Below, piece by piece: positions 12,830 through 50,498 of a DNA stretch of 64,000 nucleotides. This DNA is from Octopus sinensis. Taxonomy: Eukaryota. The stretch is taken from assembly GCF_006345805.1 (NCBI RefSeq), contig NC_042997.1:140244001-140308000 (forward strand), given 5' to 3'. The notes under the pieces are model-generated. The model was not told the DNA's origin and searched no databases. It worked only from the letters and a program-made list of their open reading frames with translations. The position numbers and the translations under genes are program-made. Within the stretch, counting starts at the first letter, position 1, and every line of letters begins with the position of its first letter.

Positions 12830-15000
12830 CATCATCATCATCATCATCATTTAACGTCCGCTTTCCATGCTAGCATGGGTTGGACGGTTCAGCTGGGGTC
12901 TGGGGAGCCCGAAGCCTGCACCAAGCCAGTCAGATCTGGCAGTGTTTCTACAGCTGGATGCCCTTCCTAACGCCAACCACTCCGAGAGTGTAGTGGGTGA
13001 TTTTATGTGCCACTGACACAGGTGCCAGACGAGGCTGGCGAACGGCCACGTTCGGATGGTGTTTTTATGTGCCACCGACACAGGTGCCAGACGAAGCTGG
13101 CGAACGGCCACGCTCGGATGGTGTTTTTATGTGCCACCGACACAGGTGCCAGACGAGGCTGGCGAACGGCCACGCTCGGATGGTGTTTTTATGTGCCACC
13201 GACACAGGTGCCCACGCTCGGATGGTGTTTTTATGTGCCACCGACACAGGTGCCAGACAAGGCTAGCAGACGACCACGCTCGGATGGTGTTTTTTTATGT
13301 GCCACCGACACAGGAGCCAGATTAGGCTGACGATCGGCCACGATTGGATGGTGATTGTTACGTGCCCACAGCATGGAGGCCAGTCGGTGCGGTACTGGCT
13401 ACGGCCACGTTCGGATGGTTTTCTTGTGTGCCACCGGCACTGGTACCACAAGGATACAAATTCCATTGATGTTCATCTATTTTGATTTTGTTTGATTTTC
13501 ACTTGCCTCAACAGGTCTTCACAAGTATCACAAGAAGGAAGGTATGCACAGGTGGACTGACTACGTCCCAGGTAGGGGCCACGGGTTATGGCCTGACTAG
13601 TCTTGCCGGGTCTTCTCACGCACAGCATACTTCCATAGGTCTCGGTCTCTAGTCATTTCCTTGGTGAGACCTAAACTTCGTAGGTCGTGCTTCACCACTT
13701 CGTCCCAGGTTTTCCTGGGTCTACCTCTTCCACAGGTTCCCTCAACTGCTAGGGTGTAGCACTTTTGCACACAACTATCTTCAGCCATTCTCGTCATATG
13801 ACCATACCAGCGTAGCCGTCTCTCTTGCACACCACAACTGACGCTTCTTAGGTTCAACTTTTCTCTCAAGGTACTTACACTCTGACGATTATGAACACTG
13901 ACATTACACATCCATCGGAGCATACTGGCTTCATTTCTTGCGAGCTTACGCATATCCTCAGCAGTCACGGCCCATGTTTCACTACCATGTAGCATGGCTG
14001 TACGTACACATGCATCATAAAGTCTGCCTTTTACTCTGAGCGAGAGGCCTTTTGTCACCAGCAGGGGTAAGAGCTCTCTAAACTTTGCCCAGGCTATTCT
14101 TACTCTAGCAGTTACACTTTCAGCACACCCAACCCCGCTACTAACTTGGTCTCCTAGGTAGCGGAAGCTATCAACTACTTCTAGTTTGTCTCCCTGGAAC
14201 GTGGTAGAAGTTGGTCTCTGCACATTTCCAGTGTTTATTTCTCCTGAGCATCTGCCACATACGAAAACTATCTTCCCAGTTAGCCTACCTTTGACATTGC
14301 TGCACCTCTTATGTGTCCATAGCTTACACTTGGTGCACCTTATAGAGTTTCTACCTACACCTTTTTTACAGATCGAGCAGGGCCATCTACCTGAAGTTGT
14401 TTGTGGTTGGTCCACCTTCCTACTTATTAGGACTTTGGTTTTGGCTAGGTTGACTCTAAGGCCCTTCGATTCTAATCCTTGTTTCCACACCTGAAACTTC
14501 TCCTCCAGTTCTGATAGTGACTCAGCAATTAGAGCAAGGTCATCAGCATAGAGGAGCTCCCAGGGGCATCCTGTCTTAAATTCTTCCGTTATTGCCCGGA
14601 GGACTATGATAAATAGGAGGGGGCTGAGGACTGAACCTTGGTGGACCCCAACCTCTACCCGGAATTCTTCACTGTACTCGTTGCCAACCCTCACCTTACT
14701 AGCTGCGTCTCTGTACATGGCTCGCACAGCTCTCACTAACCATTCATCTATCCCTAGTTTCCTCATTGACCACCAGATAAGGGATCGGGGGACCCTGTCA
14801 AAGGCTTTCTCCAAGTCAACAAAAGCCAGGTACAAGGGCTTACCTTTGGCTAGGTATTTCTCCTGCAGCTGTCTTACCAGGAATATAGCATCTGTAGTAC
14901 TTTTCCCTGGCACGAACCCAAACTGCATATCATCTAAGCTAACTCTCTCTCTAATTAACTGGGCTATAACCCTCTCCGTAACCTTCATTACCTGATCCAA
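12830..15000 (-). mobile_element. Young 5'-truncated RTE-clade LINE with intact 3' UTR and (GAT)n tail
   Basis: Uninterrupted RT ORF; 3' end ...atggaaagcggacgttaaa(tga)n; (TA)n on both sides. Confidence 0.95.
13000..13330. repeat. ~62-bp tandem array in the RTE 3' UTR (5-6 units, some partial)
   Basis: Unit ggatggtgtttttatgtgccaccgacacaggtgccagacgaggctggcgaacggccacgctc. Confidence 0.9.
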
Positions 15001-15003
15001 CAT
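13597..15003 (-). CDS. RTE LINE reverse transcriptase (5'-truncated, 468 aa open frame) with embedded PHD finger
   Basis: QFGFVPGKSTTDAIF, FVDLEKAFD, GVHQGSVLSPLLF, LLYADD, SFRYLG; C4HC3 cluster at 14379-14248. Confidence 0.93.
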   Translation of the reverse strand: MLDQVMKVTERVIAQLIRERVSLDDMQFGFVPGKSTTDAIFLVRQLQEKYLAKGKPLYLAFVDLEKAFDRVPRSLIWWSMRKLGIDEWLVRAVRAMYRDAASKVRVGNEYSEEFRVEVGVHQGSVLSPLLFIIVLRAITEEFKTGCPWELLYADDLALIAESLSELEEKFQVWKQGLESKGLRVNLAKTKVLISRKVDQPQTTSGRWPCSICKKGVGRNSIRCTKCKLWTHKRCSNVKGRLTGKIVFVCGRCSGEINTGNVQRPTSTTFQGDKLEVVDSFRYLGDQVSSGVGCAESVTARVRIAWAKFRELLPLLVTKGLSLRVKGRLYDACVRTAMLHGSETWAVTAEDMRKLARNEASMLRWMCNVSVHNRQSVSTLREKLNLRSVSCGVQERRLRWYGHMTRMAEDSCVQKCYTLAVEGTCGRGRPRKTWDEVVKHDLRSLGLTKEMTRDRDLWKYAVREKTRQD

Positions 15004-15026
15004 ATATATATATATATATATATATC

Positions 15027-16983
15027 TGTCTTCATATCTGGCAGTGTGGGTTATGGTCTAGTCACCTGTATTGTAAATTAGGTAGTTCATGAAGGAGTCA
15101 TACCCAATGACAGGTGTAGCAGCACCATAGTCAACTGCTACAAAGGTAAATGTGATGCCTTAGATAGAAATAATTACAGAGGTATCAAATTGTTGGATCA
15201 GGTGATGGAAGTTATGGAGAGAGTCATAGCCCAACTAATTAGGGAGAGGGTTAGTCTAGATGAGATGCAGTTTGGGTTTGTGCCAGGGAGAAGCACCACT
15301 GATGCTATATTTCTGGTAAAGCAGCTGCAGGACAAATACCTAGCCAAAGATAAACCTCTGTACTTGGTTTCTGTTGACTTGGAGAAAGCTTTTGACAAGG
15401 TCTCCTGATCCCTTATCTGGTGGTCAATGCAGAAACTAGGGATAGACAAGTGGTTGGGGAGAGCCGTACAAGCCTTGTAGAGGGACGCTACCAGTAAAGT
15501 GAGGGTTGGCAACAAGTACAGCGAAGAATTCAAAGTACAAGTAGGAGTTCACCAAGGATCGGTGCTCAGCCCTCTCTTATTCATCATAGTCCTCCAGGCA
15601 ATAACAGACGAATTCAAGACAGGCTACCCCTGAGATCTCCTCTATGCTGATGACCTTGCTGAATCACTACCTGAACTAGAGAAGAAGTTTTAGGTATGGA
15701 AGCAAGGTCTAGAATTAAAGGGCCTTAGAGTCAACCTAGTAAAAACAAAGTCATAGTAAATAGGAAGGCTGACAAATCACAAATCCCTTCAGGTAGATGG
15801 CTCTGCTCAATCTGTAGAAAAGGCATAGGTAGACACTCCATAAGATGCACCCAGTGTAAGCTTTGGACACATATAAGGTGCAGCAACATCAGAGGAAGGT
15901 TAACAGGGAAACTAACTTTTGTGTGTGGATGGTGCACAGTTACAATAAATGCTGAAAATGCACAAAAAAATAGACTATCAACTGCCAGTGGGGAAAGCTA
16001 GAGGTAGTAGATAGCTTCTGTTATCTAGGTGACTAAGTTAGTAATGGAGGTGGATGCTCTGAGAGCGTAGCTGTGAGAATAAGATTAGGCTGGTCAAAGT
16101 TCAGATAGCTCCTACCCCTGCTGGCAACAAAGGGTCTCTCTCTCAGAGTGAAAGGCAGATTGTTTGATGTCTGTAATGCAAACAGCTATGCTGCATGGCA
16201 GTAAAACATGGGCTATGACAGCCAAGGACATGTGTAGGCTTGAGAGCCAGTATGCATGTTCAACAGAAAAGTTAGGCATAAGAGGAGTTGGATGTGGTGT
16301 GTAAGAGAGACGACTGCACTGATATGATCATATGGTGCATATGGATGAGGACAGCTGTGTAAAGAATTGCGAATCTCTAACTGTAGAGGGAACCTATGAT
16401 AGAGGTAGACCCAGGAAGACATGGGACAAGGTGGTGAAACATGATTTTTGAACTTTGAGCCTTGCAGATGCAATGACCGGTGACTAAGACTGTTGGCGAT
16501 GTGTTGTGCTTGAGAGGATCTGTCAAGCCAAGTGCACCCATACTGGTGGCATGTAAAGAACATCATTTGAACATTGGACCTCAAGGAGGCAAAGTGGCTG
16601 AGTTCCTCTCAAGCATTGGGCCTCAGAGGCAAAGTGGCTGAGTTCCTTTCAAGTGTTGGGCTTCACGGAGGCAAAGTGGCTGAGTTCCTTTTAAGTGTTG
16701 GGCCTCATGGAGGCAATGACCAAGACATTTGATGTTATGTAATGCTTGAGAAGAAGACCCATCAAGCTGATCAGAATCACAGTCTTGGCAGATACTGGTG
16801 TCACGCAAATTGGCACCCATGTTGGTGACACGTAAACACACTCTGTTATCACACAAATGGCACCTGTGCTGGTGGCACATAAAAGTCCCACTACACTCTC
16901 AGAGTGGTTGGCGTTAGGAAGGGCATCCAGCCATAGAAAACCATGCCAGCATGGACAATAGATATTAAATGATGATGATGATG

Positions 16984-16985
<2 letters not shown>
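15027..16985 (+). mobile_element. Older degenerate RTE LINE copy, head-to-head with the 12830-15000 copy
   Basis: LDQVMEV...QFGFVPGRSTTDAIF...YADD with several stops and indels; short tandem repeats at 16580-16710; (GAT)n tail at 16969-16985. Confidence 0.92.
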
Positions 16986-17031
<46 letters not shown>

Positions 17032-20009
17032 TATACATACATAGGGGCATACTTACATAAGTGTGCCTCTTCACCAACTTTATTTCCTCATGACTTTAAG
17101 ATAAATGGATATCTTTTAATGAAATTTTCTGCAAATACCAATCAGAGCATGTAAATTATGATTATATTAGAATTTGATATGGAAAAAAATAGAAAAAGAT
17201 TGTTTTGATGAATCATGATACATTTTACACCATGCAGATCAATTTAGGCCATAACTTTCCCAAAATGTCAAATTAAGCTCTAGAGACTTTAGTGATTGCT
17301 CCAACTGACCCTTATAATAAGGATGGGTCTTCCTTTACTGTGGTATCCCTCTTCTTGTTGGCCATACATTTTTTTCCTTTAAATCCTCTCCTTGAAAAAC
17401 ACTCATACATCATAACAACAGGAGTGACCATCATGTAACACACATGAATATATATATAACACAAAGCCACATAAAATACAAATCCAAAAAAGACACAAAC
17501 ATGAGCGAAGAGAGAAAAAAGAAGAAAGAAAATATGAATTCAACACTTAGTGTTTCAATTGGTCACATACCACATATTTCATTGGAACCTACTGAAGCAA
17601 GCCAACATGTTCGTGGCATTACCTTGGGTAATGACAAGGCTAAGGTGTTGGAATAGTAATACTAATAGTGCAATTAGTATATAATAATCTAATTTAGAAA
17701 TACTTTATGCAATGAAGAAGGGACAAATGTAAGCATCTTGGCAACTACAGAAGACAACTCTCAACATGTTTAGGTATTATTAGACTTCCTCAATGAAGTA
17801 TATATTCAACTATGCTTAATGAAGTAAAAAAAAAGAGCATTGCTAAATAAATATACAATATTTTACAGAAGTGGTCATGAAACATGATCATTTTTTCTTT
17901 TTTTTAAAGAAAATACTTAATTAGCGAGATTAATTACTCACAGATGCTATCAACATGAAAAACAGTAATTTAGTTGGTGTTAACATGATGTAATGACCAT
18001 CAAAAATTTAATTACAAATATTTGTTTTCAAATGGATGGCATCTATGAGAAATTAATCTTGACTATAGCTCGCAACTGCTCTATTTTTATTCATTTGCAG
18101 CGGTAGGAAAATCTCTGATGCCAAGAAATTTATTAACAGCTATTGCAGTTAGTACCTATAAAAAATGATGGGGATGGGTATATGTCTCTCTCCTTTCAGT
18201 AAATCTTATTCTTCTGGTTCTGAGCCTTGCTCCATATTATTGTTGTTTCATTTGGCCTTTCAGTACTCCTTATTCTTTTTTACCTCTTCGGCATTTAGTT
18301 TTGATTTTGTAGCATTTCTCTCTTAAACAAGCATTGACTTATTGTGATAATCTTTTCTATCTGCAGTTCAGAGTTGAGTAGTGTCTCTATGAGAGAACTT
18401 AATTTGTTAGACCTGCAATTACACAGTGTAACAATATTATTATTTTTTTTCGTCTTTGGTCAGTAAGTGTTATTTCCTATTTGCCTCCATCTAGAAATAA
18501 AGGAAATGGATACTATTCCCTTCAAACTTTGCTTTTGTGACTGGATGAATATCAATGTTTTCAAACTTACTTATCTTCCATTACATTTCAGACAGATCTA
18601 GCACCGAGTTGCTGAAGCAGAAATATTGTTATAGCAAATATTCTGCTCAATACCACAGATTTGCTTGTTCTTAACCACTTGAGCATGTCCCTTGGTGGCT
18701 AACATCTCTGATCATGTGGAGTGGAGGAGCATCATAGCCTTGTGTTGAGAGGGATCCTTTGGGGTTTGAATAAATGTAACAAAAGTAAAGTTTGAAGGAA
18801 ATGTTAGCTATTTTTCATACTTATCATTGCCTCCATGAGATCCAATGTTCAAAGGGAGTTTTTTAAATGCCACCAGCCTGGGTGTCTGTTACACGACACT
18901 GGTATCGGCTATGACCAATTTCACTTGGTTTGACAGGTCTTCTCAAGCATGGCATGTTGCCAAAGGTCTCAGTCACTTGTCATTGCCTCCACGAGGCTCA
19001 CTGTTTGAAGATCATGCTTTTCCACTTGGGGCCTAAGTCTTCATTTGATTTATTTTAATATAAATATATCACAGAAAGGTTAAGCAAATTCAGTCTTTCT
19101 CACATCTTAATATAGTCATGCATAACTGTTTTGTCTCATTTTATTTTGTCTTTTAACAACTCTAAAAAATGTTTTGAATGATCTTGAACAATTTGGTAAG
19201 CTGTGACACCATGAGAAAGAAAAAAAAATTAAACTTAAGTTGAATTAAAATAAACAACAATTAAATAAAACAAAAACAAAACATTGCAAAGAATGTGATC
19301 AATTTATTTGCTTCTAAAAATGAAACTGGAAATAAAATACCAATGAAAATGTTTACTCTTTCTGAGAAGTATATCACATCTTTTTTCTAACCCTCACGTT
19401 CAGTCTAATTGAGCAGGCCTCTAATCAAAGGCCTTTCAGCCAGAGCCATCAGATCTCTTTGTTTATACACTGTCCAGTGTATCCTTTCTGCTTTATATAT
19501 GATGATAGAATGTGATTTGAGGAAGATTTAGCTGCTATTTCTACCAGGCTGAGGAACTACATAGACACATACTTAAGCTACTGCTGCTGCTGCTGTTGTT
19601 GTTAATGATGTTGATAATGATTTAGTTATTGTTTTACATCTGTTGGAACAAACCTGTTAAACAATTTCAGTTTGCCAGCAGTTTGGGGCACAATTCCACC
19701 TTTATTATGGGGGGATAAGATGATGAACTAAAAATTCAAGACAAAACACATGGTCTCTGTTTTAAAGAATTTGATGGCAACGCTGAGCAGCTTACATAGC
19801 TATATACAAGTCACCTTATTGGCTCATGATGGTATTCGCAATGGTGGTGGTGGTGGTGGTGTTGTTTGGAAGGTAGTTTGGAGAGTTAAGGATTGATACT
19901 TCTAGAATATAAATGGCTACTAAAAAGAGAACAGAAAAATAATTGGAACATCCAGTATCCATTACAGCCACTAATTTAATTTGTGATGGACAAATATGAA
20001 TAGTAACTT

Positions 20010-46243
<26,234 letters not shown>

Positions 46244-46449
46244 GACTGTTCTTTATAAATCTGAAGAACAAAAATAGAAACAAATATGTTTCAACCATTA
46301 AAAATATTGAAAAAAAACCAAAACAAACAAACAAAAGAAAAACAGCATGCCTTATTTTTATATTCACATCTGTAAAAGAGAAAAAAAGGAAAGGGTTGTG
46401 ATGATGATGTTGATGATAATGACAATGATGATGATGATGATGGTCGTCA

Positions 46450-47340
46450 TCAATTTTACCTTGTCCTTATTCTTAGTGCAAGTTTTGAAGAATGCAGTTC
46501 GATTTTAACAGCTATTTATTCAAAGCTATAATGGAAGTGACAAAGGAGCATATTTGACATATTTTGCTTTATGAGTTCAATAAAGGCAACAACACAATTG
46601 AAAGTGCAAGGAATATTAATGTAGTATGTGGGGATCAGACAATAAGCGTAAGCTAGTATCAACAGTGGTTCCAGAAATTCCGAGCTGGAAACTAAAGCCT
46701 AGAAGATGAGCCTTGTCATGAAAGATCTGTAGAGCTCAATGAGGATGTCCTGCAAACCGTGGTGGAATAAAATCCCATCGTAACTGTTGAGGGACTAGCA
46801 GAAAAGCTTGGATTTGATCCTTCAACCATTCATCGATACCTACATGCCATCGGAAAAGTCAGCAAATTGGGTCAATGGGTTCTTCACAAATTTTCCAAGT
46901 CTAATCACGTACAGTGAGTGAATGTGCACTCTTCTTTGTTGCCATGTCTCACAAACGAACCTTTTTTGGATTGAATAGTGACAGGTGACAAGAAATAGGT
47001 TCTCTATAAAAATGTCAAGTGCCGAAGATAGTGGGTAGGAAAAGGAGAGACATTGGCACCCCAGGTTAAAGAAGGTCTTCATCCATGTAAGGTGTTATCT
47101 GTTTGGTGGGATATGAAAGGTTTAGTCCACTTTGAACATTTAAACCCAAACCTAATGATAACAAAGGAGATCTACTGCAAGCAGCTTCAGTGGCTTAAGT
47201 TAGTAATAGAAGAAAAACAACCATCTTTGGTTTTAAGACAGAAAGTGTTCTTCCATCAGGATAATGTTCGGCCACATACAGCGAGGATAACACTCCAAAG
47301 GCTGGAGAAGTTTGAATGGGGAACAATGTCCCAACCACCA
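46450..47340 (+). mobile_element. Mariner transposase fossil
   Basis: From ATG 46531: EVTKEHI*HILLYEFNKG...WFQKFRAG...WVLH...IVTGDKK*V...VWWDMKG...FHQDNVRPH; multiple stops; truncated at a CA/TA tract. Confidence 0.92.
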
Positions 47341-49462
47341 AACACACACACACATATATATATATACACACACAATCATATACACATATATTTAGAATGG
47401 TATATGGTCTGGCAGTCATGCTGTTTGGCTCATGGTCAGCAGTTCAATTCCTGGAATGGGTAGTTCTTTGTATATCCTTGTGTATGACATTTCATTTCAT
47501 GCACTCCTGTGTACTCAGCCACAGACAAATACCAGCCTGTTGGCAGTGCAGCTCCCTTGCTCTCTCTCTCTCTTTCCCACCAGGTTCAATTGCTCAGGCC
47601 ACATTTACTAGTCAAGGACAAAAGAGCCAAGCGGTTGTTCACTCCCTCTTTCTTCAATGATAGTATATATAGAGAGATATAGAATGAGAAACACATATTA
47701 CAAAGGAGACAAAAAAATATAGGTTGAAGAGCAATGCAATTGTATGACATCAAACTTTGCTTTCCTTGTTTTTTATCTTTCATTCTTTCTTTCTCCGGGA
47801 CAGTGAAAGAGAGGTTCAGGATGAGAGAAGTGCAATGAGAGAGAGAGAGAGACACACACACAGAGTTAGAGAGGGAAAGCGAGGTGAGAATGATGATGAT
47901 GATGATATTGGTGGTTTGAAAACTGGGTCACAAGTGACAATAATAGTCTATTGCTGCATTCTTTAAAATGAATATAGATTTCTGCTTGTTATCTCAATTT
48001 CACTGTACAATGGCAAGAAAGATTATTCATATTCATACACGCCAACATATGTTTATACAAATTGGCTTCTAATTTTCTATGCATGACAGGGTAGTTATGA
48101 AGTATCAACTGCATGGTTTCAAATTCAGCTCCAATATGTGTCACCTGAGGGAAGGGGGTTCTCTTACAGCCTGGGCCAACCAAAGCCTCCTGTGTGAATT
48201 TGGGCGACAGAAACCAAAAGAAGCCTGTTTTATCACGTTCATCATCATTTTAATGTCCACTTCTCCATGCTTACAAAGCTCAGGCATAATTTATTGAAGC
48301 AGATTATCTATGGCCTGTATGCCCTTCCTGATGTCAACCTTCTCCCATTTCCAAGCCAGGTAATATAGCCTCATATTTTCACAGAATATTGCGGAAATGA
48401 ATAACTGCTTCTATGACAGTGACACTCATTTACAACTATCGCACTATGCCACACACACACATGCATGCATGCACACACATACACATGCACTCACTCACTC
48501 ACAATGGAGATCTTTCAGTTCCCATTACCAAATTCACTCACATGGCTTTGCCTGGGGCTATAGTAGAAGGCAGTAGAACCTAGTTAATAACTGAACAGGA
48601 TTCACTTACAGACCATTTCTGACAAATATATTCAGTTAATTAATTCTTCTCCAGGCCTTCTTTTAATGAAAAGTGGGGGGTTAGGGGGGTTTCGCAGAGA
48701 AAATGAAAAGCGTTACTTTTCTCAATTAAAATGTTATATCAACAGTTGAAAAACTTACTCTTGTGTAACTGATACCCTTGACAAAGGCATGAATATCACA
48801 AAATCCAACTGTATCTGCATATTCTGATAGTTCTTATACTGTATCAAACACTAGTCAAAACCATCACACGTTGCTTGTATCACAAGCCTGAGATATTCAG
48901 TGACATTCAATCATCATAGAGAAAGACAAGATGACTTTTCTTTGGCACATGACGTGGAAACTATTTATTTTGATGAGGGCCTACTATATATGCATTTTCA
49001 CAGATAATGCTTGAAAGAGGTGTATATAGCAATGGTAAAAAAAAAAAGAAAAGAAAAAAGAACATGTCACCAACCTCTACTTACTGAAATGAATGAAATA
49101 CCAATGTGTGTAGGTAGCTGCAACAGTTTGCTGTCTCTTGAGAATGTAAGTAACTGCAATATGAAACTATTTCTCTGAAATTTAAGATAACATTAAATAT
49201 TTAAAACAGTTGAGTTATGACATAAAATTCAAGTCAGATAAATTATGAATTTGAATCAAACTGTTCTGATCCATACATGTAACTCCCAATAAATTGGTTG
49301 AGTGTCCTTCTTTTGCTTGTCTACTCTCTCTCTCTCTCTCTCTCTATACATATATATATATATTATATATATATATATATATTAATTTGCCTGTACGGCT
49401 GATAATTCGCTTACCACTTGTGATGGTCTTTTAATAATACCATCACTATATGTGTGTGTGTG

Positions 49463-49504
<42 letters not shown>

Positions 49505-49794
49505 AGGCGCAATGGCCCAATGGTTAGGGTAGCGGACTCACGGTTTTGATTCCCAGGCCGGGCGTTGTGAGTGTTTATTGAGCGAAAACACCTAAAGCTC
49601 CACCAGGCTCCGGCAGGGGGTGGTGGCGATCCCTACTGTACTCTTTCGCCACAACTTTCTCTCATTCTTTCTTCTGTTGGCCTGCTCGCATAGCCCGCGG
49701 GGTGGTGTCATTTGAAGGCTAAAACAATGCGAAGCGCATTGTGACCAGCGATGTGTAGCAACATCTGATAGCCTGGTCAGTCATGGTAATCACG

Positions 49795-49835
<41 letters not shown>

Positions 49836-50172
49836 GTATATATACTTTGGGTATGGTAGATGAGTTCAGTAAAAATTTAGATTCAGATGAATATGGTACT
49901 TAAGTTGAGGCACCAGAATTTAGTACGGTATTATCCATTTCAAAGTAAGGTGATTAAAATCAAAATAAGCAACAAGGATATCCAGAGGTAATGCAGTACG
50001 ATCGTTTCATGAAACTCCATTTAATTGAACAATGCAACCATTACATCAATTTAAACCTGGATTTAAAACACTGGATGATGATGATATATAAGAAATTAAA
50101 AGGGGTAGCTTATTAGCAAGTAGCACCTCTGTCACTTTTGTGACCTCAATTAATATAATATATATATATATA

Positions 50173-50498
50173 GTGAGGGCGCGTGGCTTAGTGGTTAGGG
50201 CATTCGGCTCATGATCGTAAGGTTGTGAGTTCGATTCCTGGCGACGCGTTGTGTCCTTGAGCAAGACACTTTATTTCACGTTGCTCCAGTCCACTCAGCT
50301 GGCAAAAATGAGTTGTACTTGTATTTCAAAGGGTCAGCCTTGTCACTCTCTGTGTCACGCTGATTATCCCCGAGAACTACGTTAAGGGTACACGTGTCTG
50401 TGGAATGCTCAGCCATTTGCACGTTAATTTCACGAGCAAGCTGTTCCGTTGATCGTATCAGCTGGGACCCTCGTCATCGTAACCGGCGGAGTCTTTAA
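50173..50498 (+). mobile_element. tRNA-derived SINE with CORE-like central domain
   Basis: tggcttagtgg (A box), gagttcgattc (B box), then gtgtccttgagcaagacactt...tgctccagtccactcagctg. Confidence 0.75.

Noticed and set aside
13000-13330. CRISPR-like regular repeats
   Set aside because: The units are contiguous tandem copies with no unique spacers, sit in a LINE 3' UTR, and there are no cas genes in this eukaryotic context.
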